DNA of 62,277 bases, taken from positions 1 to 62,277 of the forward strand of contig CALRHV010000004.1 in NCBI GenBank assembly GCA_943359525.1, given 5' to 3'. This DNA comes from Candidatus Uhrbacteria bacterium (lineage in GTDB: Bacteria > Patescibacteriota > Patescibacteriia > UBA9934). Within the stretch, counting starts at the first letter, position 1; every line of letters begins with the position of its first letter. Shown here piece by piece: positions 30,235-38,691 of the stretch. The notes under the pieces are model-generated. The model did no database searches. It had not been told where the DNA came from and was given only the letters and a program-made list of their open reading frames with translations. The translations under genes were made by a program, and so were the position numbers.

Positions 30235-31524
30235 ATGAAGCCTCTCATTATCCGCGTGCTCCGATACCTCGCCAAGCGCCAAATTGCCACGTTTCATCCA
30301 ATGGTTATTGCAGTTACTGGGTCTGTCGGAAAAACGAGCACGAAAAATGCCATCGCGATTGCGTTGGGTTCTGAACATGACGTGCGATCGGCAAACAAGA
30401 ATTACAACAACGAGTTTGGGGTGCCGTTGGCGATTATGGGGGAGATGAGTCCGGGGAAAAATGTTTGGGAGTGGTTGAAGCTTTTTGTGCGCCAGTACAG
30501 CGTAAAGACATTCCCAACGCATCTTGTTCTTGAATACGGCGCCGATCGTCCTGGAGATATTCAAGCGTCGTGCGACATTGTAAAACCAAATGTTGCGGTG
30601 CTCACAGCAATCTCTCCAGTTCACGTATCGAATTACACCAACTTTGGTGCACTCGCCGATGAAAAAGCAACAATCGGTGATAATGTTGCAGAAGATGGTC
30701 TGGTCATTTTGAACGCCGACGATCAAACGGTGAATCTCATGCGTGATCGTTTCGCGGCAACAACAGCGACGTACGGAAAGTCTGGACGCCAAGCGAACAT
30801 TAAAGATATTTATGTAAAGACCGCGCTCGACGACCACTACGCGCCAAACGATGTTGCGGTGCTCACAAAAGCCGCGATTGAGATCGACGGCGAAACGGTC
30901 GATCTCAAACTTCCAAATTGTTTAGGCGATACTCCGGTGTTTGCGTGTGCTGCGGCGTTGCTTGTTGCGAAGCATTGTGACGTTCCGTTGAAAAAGGCGG
31001 CGAAAGCATTGAGCGAGTCGTTTGCTCCGGCGCCAGGACGACTCCGACCACTCGCGGGGATTAAGGGATCGCTCATCCTCGACGACACGTACAACGCTGC
31101 GCCAGCATCAACGATCGCCGCGCTCGATGCTCTCGCATTATTCACTGCAGATCGACCGGGTAGTCGTCGCATCGCAGCCCTTGGAAAAATGGCAGAGCTT
31201 GGTCAATACTCGGAAGCGGAACACGCAGCGGTCGGTCGCCGAGTCTCCGAGGTCACCGATATCTTTGTTGCGACCGGTAGCGAGATGCAGGGTGCCGCCG
31301 ATGAAGCCGAACGGATGGGAATGAAATCAACCACGGTGATTCGTGTGCACGACGCGGTGGAGGCCGGCCGATGGCTTGATGCGAACATCAAAGAAGGCGA
31401 TATCGTTCTCGTCAAAGGTTCACAATCTGCACGAATGGAAAAAGCGGCAAAAGACATCATCGCCGAGCCCCTCCGCGCATCGGAACTTCTTGTTCGTCAG
31501 GAAGAATACTGGATGAAGAATTAA
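30235..31524 (+). CDS. murF: UDP-MurNAc-tripeptide--D-Ala-D-Ala ligase
   Basis: AVTGSVGKTSTK, NNEFGVP, LEYGAD, LDDTYNAAP, LGKMAELG, VLVKGS. True start taken at MKPL because the ORF-track extension is REP-derived. Confidence 0.9.
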   Translation: MKPLIIRVLRYLAKRQIATFHPMVIAVTGSVGKTSTKNAIAIALGSEHDVRSANKNYNNEFGVPLAIMGEMSPGKNVWEWLKLFVRQYSVKTFPTHLVLEYGADRPGDIQASCDIVKPNVAVLTAISPVHVSNYTNFGALADEKATIGDNVAEDGLVILNADDQTVNLMRDRFAATTATYGKSGRQANIKDIYVKTALDDHYAPNDVAVLTKAAIEIDGETVDLKLPNCLGDTPVFACAAALLVAKHCDVPLKKAAKALSESFAPAPGRLRPLAGIKGSLILDDTYNAAPASTIAALDALALFTADRPGSRRIAALGKMAELGQYSEAEHAAVGRRVSEVTDIFVATGSEMQGAADEAERMGMKSTTVIRVHDAVEAGRWLDANIKEGDIVLVKGSQSARMEKAAKDIIAEPLRASELLVRQEEYWMKN

Positions 31525-31531
31525 AATATTC

Positions 31532-32671
31532 ATGAATTTGGATATGTTGTCGTACGATGTTGCAATTATTGGTGCTGGAATGGCAGGGCTTGCTTGTGCG
31601 AGAACTCTCGAAGAAAGAGGGGTTAATTTTGTACTGATCGCACCAAATATTGGTGGAGATGTGCGGGCAGATCATGGGGCAAATATGGGGGCATATCTTC
31701 TTACCCCGTCTGCGCAAAAACTCATCCCAAGCATGAAGGCAGAAAAGCGAGTCTGGCTAGGAAACACCATCTTTTGGGGAGATACAGTTCAACCAATTTA
31801 TAAACGAGCACTCTCGCCTCATCTGTTGTCCTTGTATAAAAAACTTCGTCATTTTCGAAAGCAATTTCTTCAATTCCAACAGGACGAGGCACAGATCGGT
31901 TTGATTTCTGCACTATCTCGGTCTCCAGACCTTCAAGGTCTTCAGCGTGTTGCATTCGTTGACTATGCAGGAGATGCGTTCTCCGTGGCAGAACGTTTGC
32001 TTCTTTCGGTTGCAGTAGATCCTGTGGTGCGAATGTGTACACTTGCCGAACCAGCGGAACTTTCTGCTTTTGAATATTTGCATGTAGCGATGCATATCGA
32101 TATTCCTGTACACACATTTATTTTCGATGCTGATACTTTTATTCAGCCTTTTGCTGAACGGTACATTAAAGAGAGTGTAACGGCCGTGGAGCATACTTCT
32201 TGCGGATGGCGAATTACTACACAACATGGAGAATGCGTTACTGCGAATTCCCTTGTTGCCGCGAATGGAGCGCATCATTCCCCTCATCTTTTTGCCGAGC
32301 TTCCTGTTTCGGATACACGGTTTGCGTCATGCATACTCTTTCATGTTCGTGGAACGATTCGTTCTCAGTTTTCTGGCCAGTTACATGTGTTTCCGGTGGG
32401 ACATCCCGTATATTTTTTACAGGATCAAGGAGACGGAACGGTGATTATTGCCTTGAAGGACGATGGGGATTCATATGAAAATTTTGTTCGTGTTGAGGAG
32501 GTATTGAGTAAGGCTACATGGAAAAAAGCTTTTCCAATTGGTCCTAGGGAATGGACTAATCCAAAGATTTCTGAAAATCTTTACATATTAAATGATCGAA
32601 ATATTGTCGGCATAGAAGATTCCTATCGTTCTGGCTTGTGGGTGGGAAGAGCGCTCGTAGACTCACGATAA
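31532..32671 (+). CDS. FAD-dependent oxidoreductase, unknown substrate
   Basis: DVAIIGAGMAGLACA Rossmann motif; visibly AT-richer than flanks. Confidence 0.7.
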   Translation: MNLDMLSYDVAIIGAGMAGLACARTLEERGVNFVLIAPNIGGDVRADHGANMGAYLLTPSAQKLIPSMKAEKRVWLGNTIFWGDTVQPIYKRALSPHLLSLYKKLRHFRKQFLQFQQDEAQIGLISALSRSPDLQGLQRVAFVDYAGDAFSVAERLLLSVAVDPVVRMCTLAEPAELSAFEYLHVAMHIDIPVHTFIFDADTFIQPFAERYIKESVTAVEHTSCGWRITTQHGECVTANSLVAANGAHHSPHLFAELPVSDTRFASCILFHVRGTIRSQFSGQLHVFPVGHPVYFLQDQGDGTVIIALKDDGDSYENFVRVEEVLSKATWKKAFPIGPREWTNPKISENLYILNDRNIVGIEDSYRSGLWVGRALVDSR

Positions 32672-32673
32672 AT

Positions 32674-33279
32674 ATGCGCATTACAACGAACCTCGATGCT
32701 GCGATTGCGTGTTTGAAATCTGGTGGCATTGTCGTCTATCCCACAGAAACATCGTATGGAATTGGGTGTGATGCTACGAATGCTGCTGCGGTCGCCAAAG
32801 TATTTTCAATCAAGAATCGCCCTTTGGATAAGGGTGTGACGGTGCTTTTGTCTGCGAATGATCCTTTCGGTGATGTGCATGTGCTTTGGCGATCGGAGCT
32901 TCACGATCTTGCAGCTAAACATTGGCCGGGTCCGTTGAATATTGTCTGTTCGATTACGGCAACCTCATCGATTGCGCCACAGTGTCTCACTAATGGAACG
33001 ATCGCCACACGCCGATCAAGCCATCTCATCGCAAACGCTCTCGTCGACGCGCTTGGCGTTCCCCTTGTTTCTACGAGTGCGAATATTTCTGGAGAATCCG
33101 AACTTTACAGCGCCCAAGGAATCTACGATCGATTGAGTAGTGAGTCGATTCAGCCAGATGTGATTTTCGATGTAGGTGAATTACCAAAACGCGCACCGTC
33201 CACACTCGTTACGTGGGACGATGCGCGGGGTGAGGTAAAGGTGTTGTGGCAAGGGGAGATTGTTCTTGCGAATTGTTAG
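32674..33279 (+). CDS. tsaC: L-threonylcarbamoyladenylate synthase (Sua5/YrdC/TsaC)
   Basis: YPTETSYGIG, IKNRP, HWPGPL, LVSTSANISG, PST. Confidence 0.9.
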   Translation: MRITTNLDAAIACLKSGGIVVYPTETSYGIGCDATNAAAVAKVFSIKNRPLDKGVTVLLSANDPFGDVHVLWRSELHDLAAKHWPGPLNIVCSITATSSIAPQCLTNGTIATRRSSHLIANALVDALGVPLVSTSANISGESELYSAQGIYDRLSSESIQPDVIFDVGELPKRAPSTLVTWDDARGEVKVLWQGEIVLANC

Positions 33280-33680
33280 GAGTTCCCGACGTTGCCCCTC
33301 GTTTCAACCAGGTCTCCGAACTGGTTTAACGTTGATATCCTGGAAAGTATTTCTTGAATTTTCTCGCCGTAAGGTTCGGTTGATTGATAAACGCTGCGGA
33401 TTTTTTCGGACAATGCGTCCCACTGCTCAGCGAGTTTCTTTTTAGATTCTGAATCCACGTCAGTATTTTGGAGTGCGACGGTTACAGCATTCTGAGCGGC
33501 GGATAGCTCATTCAAATTCAGATGTAGTTCGAGTGCATCCCTTTCATTTCGTATCGTGTCAATCAATGTAAAGAGTCGTTCTACCTCCTTTGTTGTTTTT
33601 TTAAGGTGCGTTGTCGCATTATTTATCCGTTCGGTTGTCGCTTGAACCATTGCGAGCTTTTCTTGATCGATCGGCTTCAT
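33276..33680 (-). CDS. Coiled-coil hypothetical protein
   Basis: MKPIDQEK...; heptad-like, AT-rich; ORF-track upstream extension lies in the glmS duplicate. Confidence 0.55.
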   Translation of the reverse strand: MKPIDQEKLAMVQATTERINNATTHLKKTTKEVERLFTLIDTIRNERDALELHLNLNELSAAQNAVTVALQNTDVDSESKKKLAEQWDALSEKIRSVYQSTEPYGEKIQEILSRISTLNQFGDLVETRGNVGNS

Positions 33681-33691
33681 ATAAAAATAGT

Positions 33692-33790
33692 TTAGTCCAC
33701 TGTCACAGCCTTCGCAAGATTGCGGGGACGGTCGGGGTTGATATCTTTGAGCACGGCAAGTTCGTAAGCAAGGATTTGAAGGGGGATGTT
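33692..33790 (-). pseudogene. Duplicated 3' end of glmS (99 bp), att-like direct repeat
   Basis: Encodes [32 protein letters not shown]; 91/99 nt identical to 34510-34608. Confidence 0.9.
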
Positions 33791-33886
33791 GGTACAACAG
33801 AAGAGGCATTGATTAGCCCGATAAAAACATCATCGGCGCCCCCCGCGTTATGCGAAGGGCGCCGTTGTCGTACGTGACGGGCGGTT

Positions 33887-34435
33887 CTACTGTGTTTCCC
33901 GCCAGGTGAGGAAGTCGAGGATGATCTCGACGAGCTGGCCGGTGGTCACCCGACTCTCCATTCCTCTCAGCTTGATGTCCTCGAGGAACCGCTGCAGCCT
34001 TGGGTTCAGCGGCCGCTCCATCCCGTCGCCGTCGGAACACTCCCAGGTTCCTGAGGTGTCCTTTGGCCGCAAGAAGAAATCGTGCCCGTTGAGCGTTACG
34101 GTCAGGAGAACCGGATGCGTGTTCATCCAGAATCCGCCGTAGAGATCCGGCGTCTGGTAGTTGATGCCCACCATGACGCAGAACGCTCCATTAAACCTCA
34201 ATTCCGGGCGGTCGATTTCGCGAGGCTCGGTCCAGCAGACTTCAGAATGTTGTTCTCCGATTCCTTCGTGTTCGATCGCCTGCTCGCTCTGCTCTCGGTT
34301 GTAGCCCATTCGGGCTTCGACGATGCCGATGATCATGCGGGCGGTGCTCACGAGGTAGTTCAGTTCGACCAGCGTGGGGAGGATGGTGTCGTCGGTATTA
34401 GAATCGGTGTCGTTGTTCACGGGAACTCCAGTCAT
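33887..34435 (-). CDS. Hypothetical protein (cargo between the glmS repeats)
   Basis: Open frame, GC3-rich codons, own promoter; start taken at MTGVPV. Confidence 0.6.
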   Translation of the reverse strand: MTGVPVNNDTDSNTDDTILPTLVELNYLVSTARMIIGIVEARMGYNREQSEQAIEHEGIGEQHSEVCWTEPREIDRPELRFNGAFCVMVGINYQTPDLYGGFWMNTHPVLLTVTLNGHDFFLRPKDTSGTWECSDGDGMERPLNPRLQRFLEDIKLRGMESRVTTGQLVEIILDFLTWRETQ

Positions 34436-34478
34436 GGTGTGGGTTGGCGATGCATCGATGACGAATCGATGACCAGAG

Positions 34479-34507
34479 ATTATCGCATAGATTAGCGAAA
34501 AAGTCAA
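34479..34507 (-). promoter_or_regulatory. Sigma-70 promoter of the cargo gene
   Basis: TTGACT-N17-GATAAT on the minus strand, starting 2 nt after the glmS stop. Confidence 0.7.
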
Positions 34508-34509
34508 TC

Positions 34510-36333
34510 TTAATCCACGGTTACAGCCTTCGCAAGATTGCGGGGACGGTCTGGGTTGATATCTTTGAGCACGGCAAGTTCGTAGGCGAGGAGTTGGAGG
34601 GGGATGTTCGCCACAAGGCCGGTGAGGACACCGTTTTTTGGAACGATGATGGTTTCTGAGGCAACGCGTTCTGCGAGCTTTGGATTGTCGGTGATAATGA
34701 TGGTTCGTGCGCCACGAGCTCGTACTTCTTCGGCGGCGGTTCGCATGAGCTGACCATGTTGATCATCGAAGATACAGAGAATCACCGGCGTGTTTTCCAC
34801 GATGAGTGCGAATGGCCCGTGCTTCAGCGCGCCGCCAGCATACCCTTCGGCATGGAGATAGGTAATCTCTTTAATCTTTAGCGCACCTTCTCGAGCAATT
34901 GATTCGCATGGCCCTTTTCCGAGCACGAAGCAATGCTCGGCATCCACGAGGGTTTTTGCGATCTCCTTACACGTTTCGCGAGTGTTGAGCGCGATTTTCA
35001 CGAGCGTTGGCAAGCGACGAAGTTCGTCGATGAGATGACGGCGACGCTCAGCTTCGGTACCGCGATGCATGCTGAACCACGCGGCAATCATTTCGAGTGC
35101 GACGACTTGCGTGCTAAATGCTTTCGTCGATGCTACTGCATGTTCGCGACCAGCGTTGAGGTACACGCCACATTTTGTGCTTCGCGCAATGAGCGATCCA
35201 ACCGCGTTTATCACCGAGAATGTTGGCACACCGCGATCTTGGGCAATGACGAGCGCGCGATGGGTGTCCTTTGTTTCGCCGGATTGTGAAATCACGAGTA
35301 GGCCGGCGCCGTGTGGAGCGAAGTGATGTTCGGTGATTTCGGATGCGTCGACTACTTGCACGGTGTCGAAGGCCTTCAACGCTCGCATACCAAGTGCACC
35401 GTACATGCCGGCGTGAAGCGATGTTCCGCACGCGGCGATGACCAGGTGTTTTATGCCGAGGAGTGTTTCTTTGTTGCGTTCCAGTCCGCCGAGCTTCATC
35501 TCGAGATCCGTTGGAATACGTGCGCCGTGGTTGAGTGTTCGTGCAAGCGCGTCGGGTTGCTCCATGATTTCCTTGATGGTCCAGTGTGGAAAAGGAGCGG
35601 GGGAGAGCTCGATGACTTCTTCTGGCGCAAGCTCGACTCGTGAAGTATCGAGTGTGGTGCCTTCCGGAGTGATCAGCGCGAACTCGCCGTTTTGTAATGC
35701 GATGAACTCGCGGGTGTGATTGTTGAATGCCGACGGTTCGCTCGCAACGTACATGGTTCCTTTTCCAACGCCAACCACCAGAGGACTGCCGTTTCGAGCT
35801 GCCAGAATCGTATTTGGCATCAGCGGAGAGACGACTGCGACGCCCCACGTGCCTTCAAGTTTCGCAAGGGCGTGCTTCGTCGCCACGTCCAATCCCTCGC
35901 CGTCGTCGAGGTATTTTCCGATGAGTTGGGCGATGATTTCTGTATCAGTTTGAGATTTGAAAACAATTCCCAAGGCTTCGAGATCGGCCTTGAGCATGTG
36001 CGCGTTCTCGATAATGCCGTTGTGGACGAGGGCAAGACGATTCTTCATGTCCGAGTGGGGATGGGCGTTGGCATCCGTTTTTCCACCATGTGTTGCCCAA
36101 CGGGTATGGCCAATGCCAGATCGATTCCCGACGTGGTCGGCGATATGTTCTCGAAGTTTCACGATGGCATCGGGAGCAACGCCGCTCGCGAACTTTGTCG
36201 TGACAATCGTTCCAGCGTCCGAAACCGTCGCCACGCCAGCAGAATCGTATCCACGGCTTTCCAAAATCGAAAGCCCGTCAATAATTATGCTGACACTATT
36301 TGTATCCCCAACAACCCCGATGATTCCACACAT
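34510..36333 (-). CDS. glmS: Glutamine--fructose-6-phosphate aminotransferase
   Basis: [57 protein letters not shown]. Confidence 0.97.
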   Translation of the reverse strand: MCGIIGVVGDTNSVSIIIDGLSILESRGYDSAGVATVSDAGTIVTTKFASGVAPDAIVKLREHIADHVGNRSGIGHTRWATHGGKTDANAHPHSDMKNRLALVHNGIIENAHMLKADLEALGIVFKSQTDTEIIAQLIGKYLDDGEGLDVATKHALAKLEGTWGVAVVSPLMPNTILAARNGSPLVVGVGKGTMYVASEPSAFNNHTREFIALQNGEFALITPEGTTLDTSRVELAPEEVIELSPAPFPHWTIKEIMEQPDALARTLNHGARIPTDLEMKLGGLERNKETLLGIKHLVIAACGTSLHAGMYGALGMRALKAFDTVQVVDASEITEHHFAPHGAGLLVISQSGETKDTHRALVIAQDRGVPTFSVINAVGSLIARSTKCGVYLNAGREHAVASTKAFSTQVVALEMIAAWFSMHRGTEAERRRHLIDELRRLPTLVKIALNTRETCKEIAKTLVDAEHCFVLGKGPCESIAREGALKIKEITYLHAEGYAGGALKHGPFALIVENTPVILCIFDDQHGQLMRTAAEEVRARGARTIIITDNPKLAERVASETIIVPKNGVLTGLVANIPLQLLAYELAVLKDINPDRPRNLAKAVTVD

Positions 36334-36531
36334 ATTCTTCTATTTAATAGAGAACAACCATATGACAATATCTCTCTCGAAACTACCAAGCAAGTTTGTC
36401 TGAGGATAAGTTGACGAAATATTGTTGTATCGTGTATCTGGCGTGGACGTGGATAAGGCCCCATTTCTCTTTGAGAAGTCTGGTAAGCTATTCGTATTCA
36501 GTCACGGTGTAGCGTAATAATGTAGCAAAAT

Positions 36532-36825
36532 ATGTCCCACGACATGCCGTTACCATCTGAGGCTCCTATCACATTACGTGAAATGGTCATGCTCACAAAT
36601 AAAAAAAATGAAGAAATGTTTATGGACCTTGTGTTCGAGGGAAAATCTGGAAATCATTTCATTTCTCTTGTTCCAGTGGGTGTAGAGCCAAATATGAGAA
36701 TAGCGATTCAGGGATCAAGGGCAAGGGTGATGAAAATTTTTGAGGACGCGAAGGAGATGAAGGGAAAAACATACAACGAAATCGACGAGTTTCTTCAAAA
36801 AAGTTCAAGAGAATCAAAAGTATAA
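36532..36825 (+). CDS. Small hypothetical protein
   Basis: 97-aa AT-rich ORF between glmS promoter region and tRNA-Glu terminator. Confidence 0.45.
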   Translation: MSHDMPLPSEAPITLREMVMLTNKKNEEMFMDLVFEGKSGNHFISLVPVGVEPNMRIAIQGSRARVMKIFEDAKEMKGKTYNEIDEFLQKSSRESKV

Positions 36826-36849
36826 TTTTGACGCAACCTCGTATTTACG

Positions 36850-36879
36850 CAAAAAGGCCACCAAAGGGTGGTCTTTTTG
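36850..36879. terminator. Bidirectional terminator downstream of tRNA-Glu
   Basis: CAAAAAGGCCACC-AAAG-GGTGGTCTTTTTG. Confidence 0.75.
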
Positions 36880-36880
36880 A

Positions 36881-36955
36881 TGGTGACTCCACGGAGAATC
36901 GAACTCCGATTAAAGGCTTGAGAAGCCTCTGTCCTAACCGTTAGACGATGGAGCC
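36881..36955 (-). tRNA. tRNA-Glu (CTC)
   Basis: GGCTCCA acceptor, anticodon arm AGGC-TTCTCAA-GCCT, GTTCGATTC T-loop, encoded CCA. Confidence 0.95.
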
Positions 36956-37066
36956 GTATTGAACGGGAGGAGCGTATCAAAAATCGTCACTAGGGTCAAA
37001 GTCTCCCCAAAACAACGCGATGTGATACGATCATCGTATTCAATCTATTCTTCACAAGAAACGCGT

Positions 37067-37429
37067 ATGTCATTGTACAACGAAACAGAAGATCGATTTT
37101 CAGCCCCAGATCGCGCAGAAAGAAGTTCTTCAGCATCGTCACCTAGTGAAATCGAAGAGCGTGGTGGGGGTATCGGAAAGAGCGCCGCGGGATTCCTGCC
37201 ATCTGAAACGCGTGCTGCGGATGTTCCAGAATCACAGATTGCACCATTGTCTGGCGAAACGGTGATTCATCTTGGTGAGGCAGAAGCCGATGACGACGAT
37301 ATGCTTGAGGCATTACCGGATGAAGACGAAGTGGCCTTGGGCGAACCTATTTCTACGGAAGGAGGAGGCGTTGGTGAAATTATTGACGACGAAGATGACG
37401 AAATCGATGGGGATCAATCGGCGGCGTAA
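37067..37429 (+). CDS. Highly acidic, probably disordered protein
   Basis: D/E-rich 120-aa ORF; overlaps the convergent gene by 16 bp. Confidence 0.5.
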   Translation: MSLYNETEDRFSAPDRAERSSSASSPSEIEERGGGIGKSAAGFLPSETRAADVPESQIAPLSGETVIHLGEAEADDDDMLEALPDEDEVALGEPISTEGGGVGEIIDDEDDEIDGDQSAA

Positions 37430-38274
37430 CTCCATCCGGTTCGTTCTTCACGAGGAAGTCGCTCGATAGAATACGAAATTGGTTCGTCTGGATTGACGGT
37501 TTGGGTGATCCACGGCGTCTTTGTCGCTTCCTTGATAAAGTCGGTGATTGATCCGTCTTTGGTGTACGGCGGTTTTGTATTTGGGATTGCGAACTCTTCG
37601 AATGTATCAATACCGCCGGAGGCAATACATCCATCGGTCAGCGTTACAGCGAAGCTCATCGTAAGTTCGGTCGCGCTTTCCGGCACCGCAACGATCGGTC
37701 CGAATGGATGAACGTAGCCGTGTGCGTTTGGTGGAATGGTAAATGTGGATCCTGGCGCAAGGTCGTGAAGATACGATCCCCAGTCTGCGGTGTCCGTTCC
37801 ATCGGTAAGAAACTGCACGCCGTTTACGTCGGACGTAAGAATTGTGCGCGTGGTACTCGTGCGGTCTTCGGATTCCGATCGGTAGCTCAGTTCGAGGCGT
37901 GTAATCGTCGCGCTACAGGTTTCGTTGCCGGCATTCGCAATCGCCAACCACGCTGCAGCAGCAGGATTCGTTTCGGAATAGCCCGTCCATTGTTGTGTGC
38001 CGCATTCGTCTGGAGCGTGTGCCGGTTTTGCCTTGCCGCAGTCTGGCGCTACCACTTTAGCAATTTCCGATGATAAAGATTGTGATTCGATCTGTTTTAC
38101 ATTGACGGGAAGATCCGGGCTTCCGGAAACAACAATCTCGGCGGGTGTTTCGTTCGCTATCTGTACCGTGTTCGAAAACATCTTTTCTACAGAAAACCCA
38201 AAGCCAGCAAACGCCAAACTCGCCGCAGCAATATGCAGATGGTAGCGTTTTTTGATCTTTTTCTTCGGCTTCAT
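37414..38274 (-). CDS. Hypothetical exported/membrane-anchored protein
   Basis: Basic N-terminus (KPKKKIKKR) then hydrophobic segment; beta-rich body with 4 Cys. Confidence 0.6.
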   Translation of the reverse strand: MKPKKKIKKRYHLHIAAASLAFAGFGFSVEKMFSNTVQIANETPAEIVVSGSPDLPVNVKQIESQSLSSEIAKVVAPDCGKAKPAHAPDECGTQQWTGYSETNPAAAAWLAIANAGNETCSATITRLELSYRSESEDRTSTTRTILTSDVNGVQFLTDGTDTADWGSYLHDLAPGSTFTIPPNAHGYVHPFGPIVAVPESATELTMSFAVTLTDGCIASGGIDTFEEFAIPNTKPPYTKDGSITDFIKEATKTPWITQTVNPDEPISYSIERLPREERTGWSYAAD

Positions 38275-38424
38275 TCCCGCACTCTAACATCTCACCGAAA
38301 AAGGTGGATAATTTTTGTCCCCAGCGCGTTTGCACCAACGGCGATAGTGGATGCAATGCCGGTGAGAACGAAAGGAACAATGGGCCTGTGAATGTTTGGT
38401 CTTAATCTGCTATACTTCCTTCAT

Positions 38425-38691
38425 ATGTTTGGATTTTTTCAGCCGGTGTTTCGATATGATTCTACGCTTCGGCGTGAACAACAGAGTCCTACTGCGACTT
38501 GGCGACGGGAGGGGAAGACGGTTGTGTTTGGGCCGGAGTATGCCGCGAACGTGCTTAACCAAGAACAGGGATCGATTAAACACGGAACGTCGTCGGAGCA
38601 CGCGCAGCATGAAGAATGGGTGATGGGTGTTTCTGCATCTCGGCTCCGAGAAGAATTTCCACAAGCGGTCGTTGACGCTCAGCAATTATGA
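38425..38691 (+). CDS. Small hypothetical protein
   Basis: TGCTATACT 8 nt before ATG; stop overlaps the start of the antiporter (ATGA). Confidence 0.55.
   Translation: MFGFFQPVFRYDSTLRREQQSPTATWRREGKTVVFGPEYAANVLNQEQGSIKHGTSSEHAQHEEWVMGVSASRLREEFPQAVVDAQQL

Noticed and set aside
34440-34510. Tn7 insertion at attTn7 downstream of glmS
   Set aside because: No TGT...ACA Tn7 ends, 5-bp duplication or tns genes seen. The duplication is 99 bp of coding sequence instead.
23442-38312. Scattered DnaA-box-like 9-mers (TTATCCACT near 23537, GTGGATAA near 36447 and 38306) as oriC
   Set aside because: Isolated, imperfect boxes with no cluster, unwinding element or dnaA/dnaN nearby.
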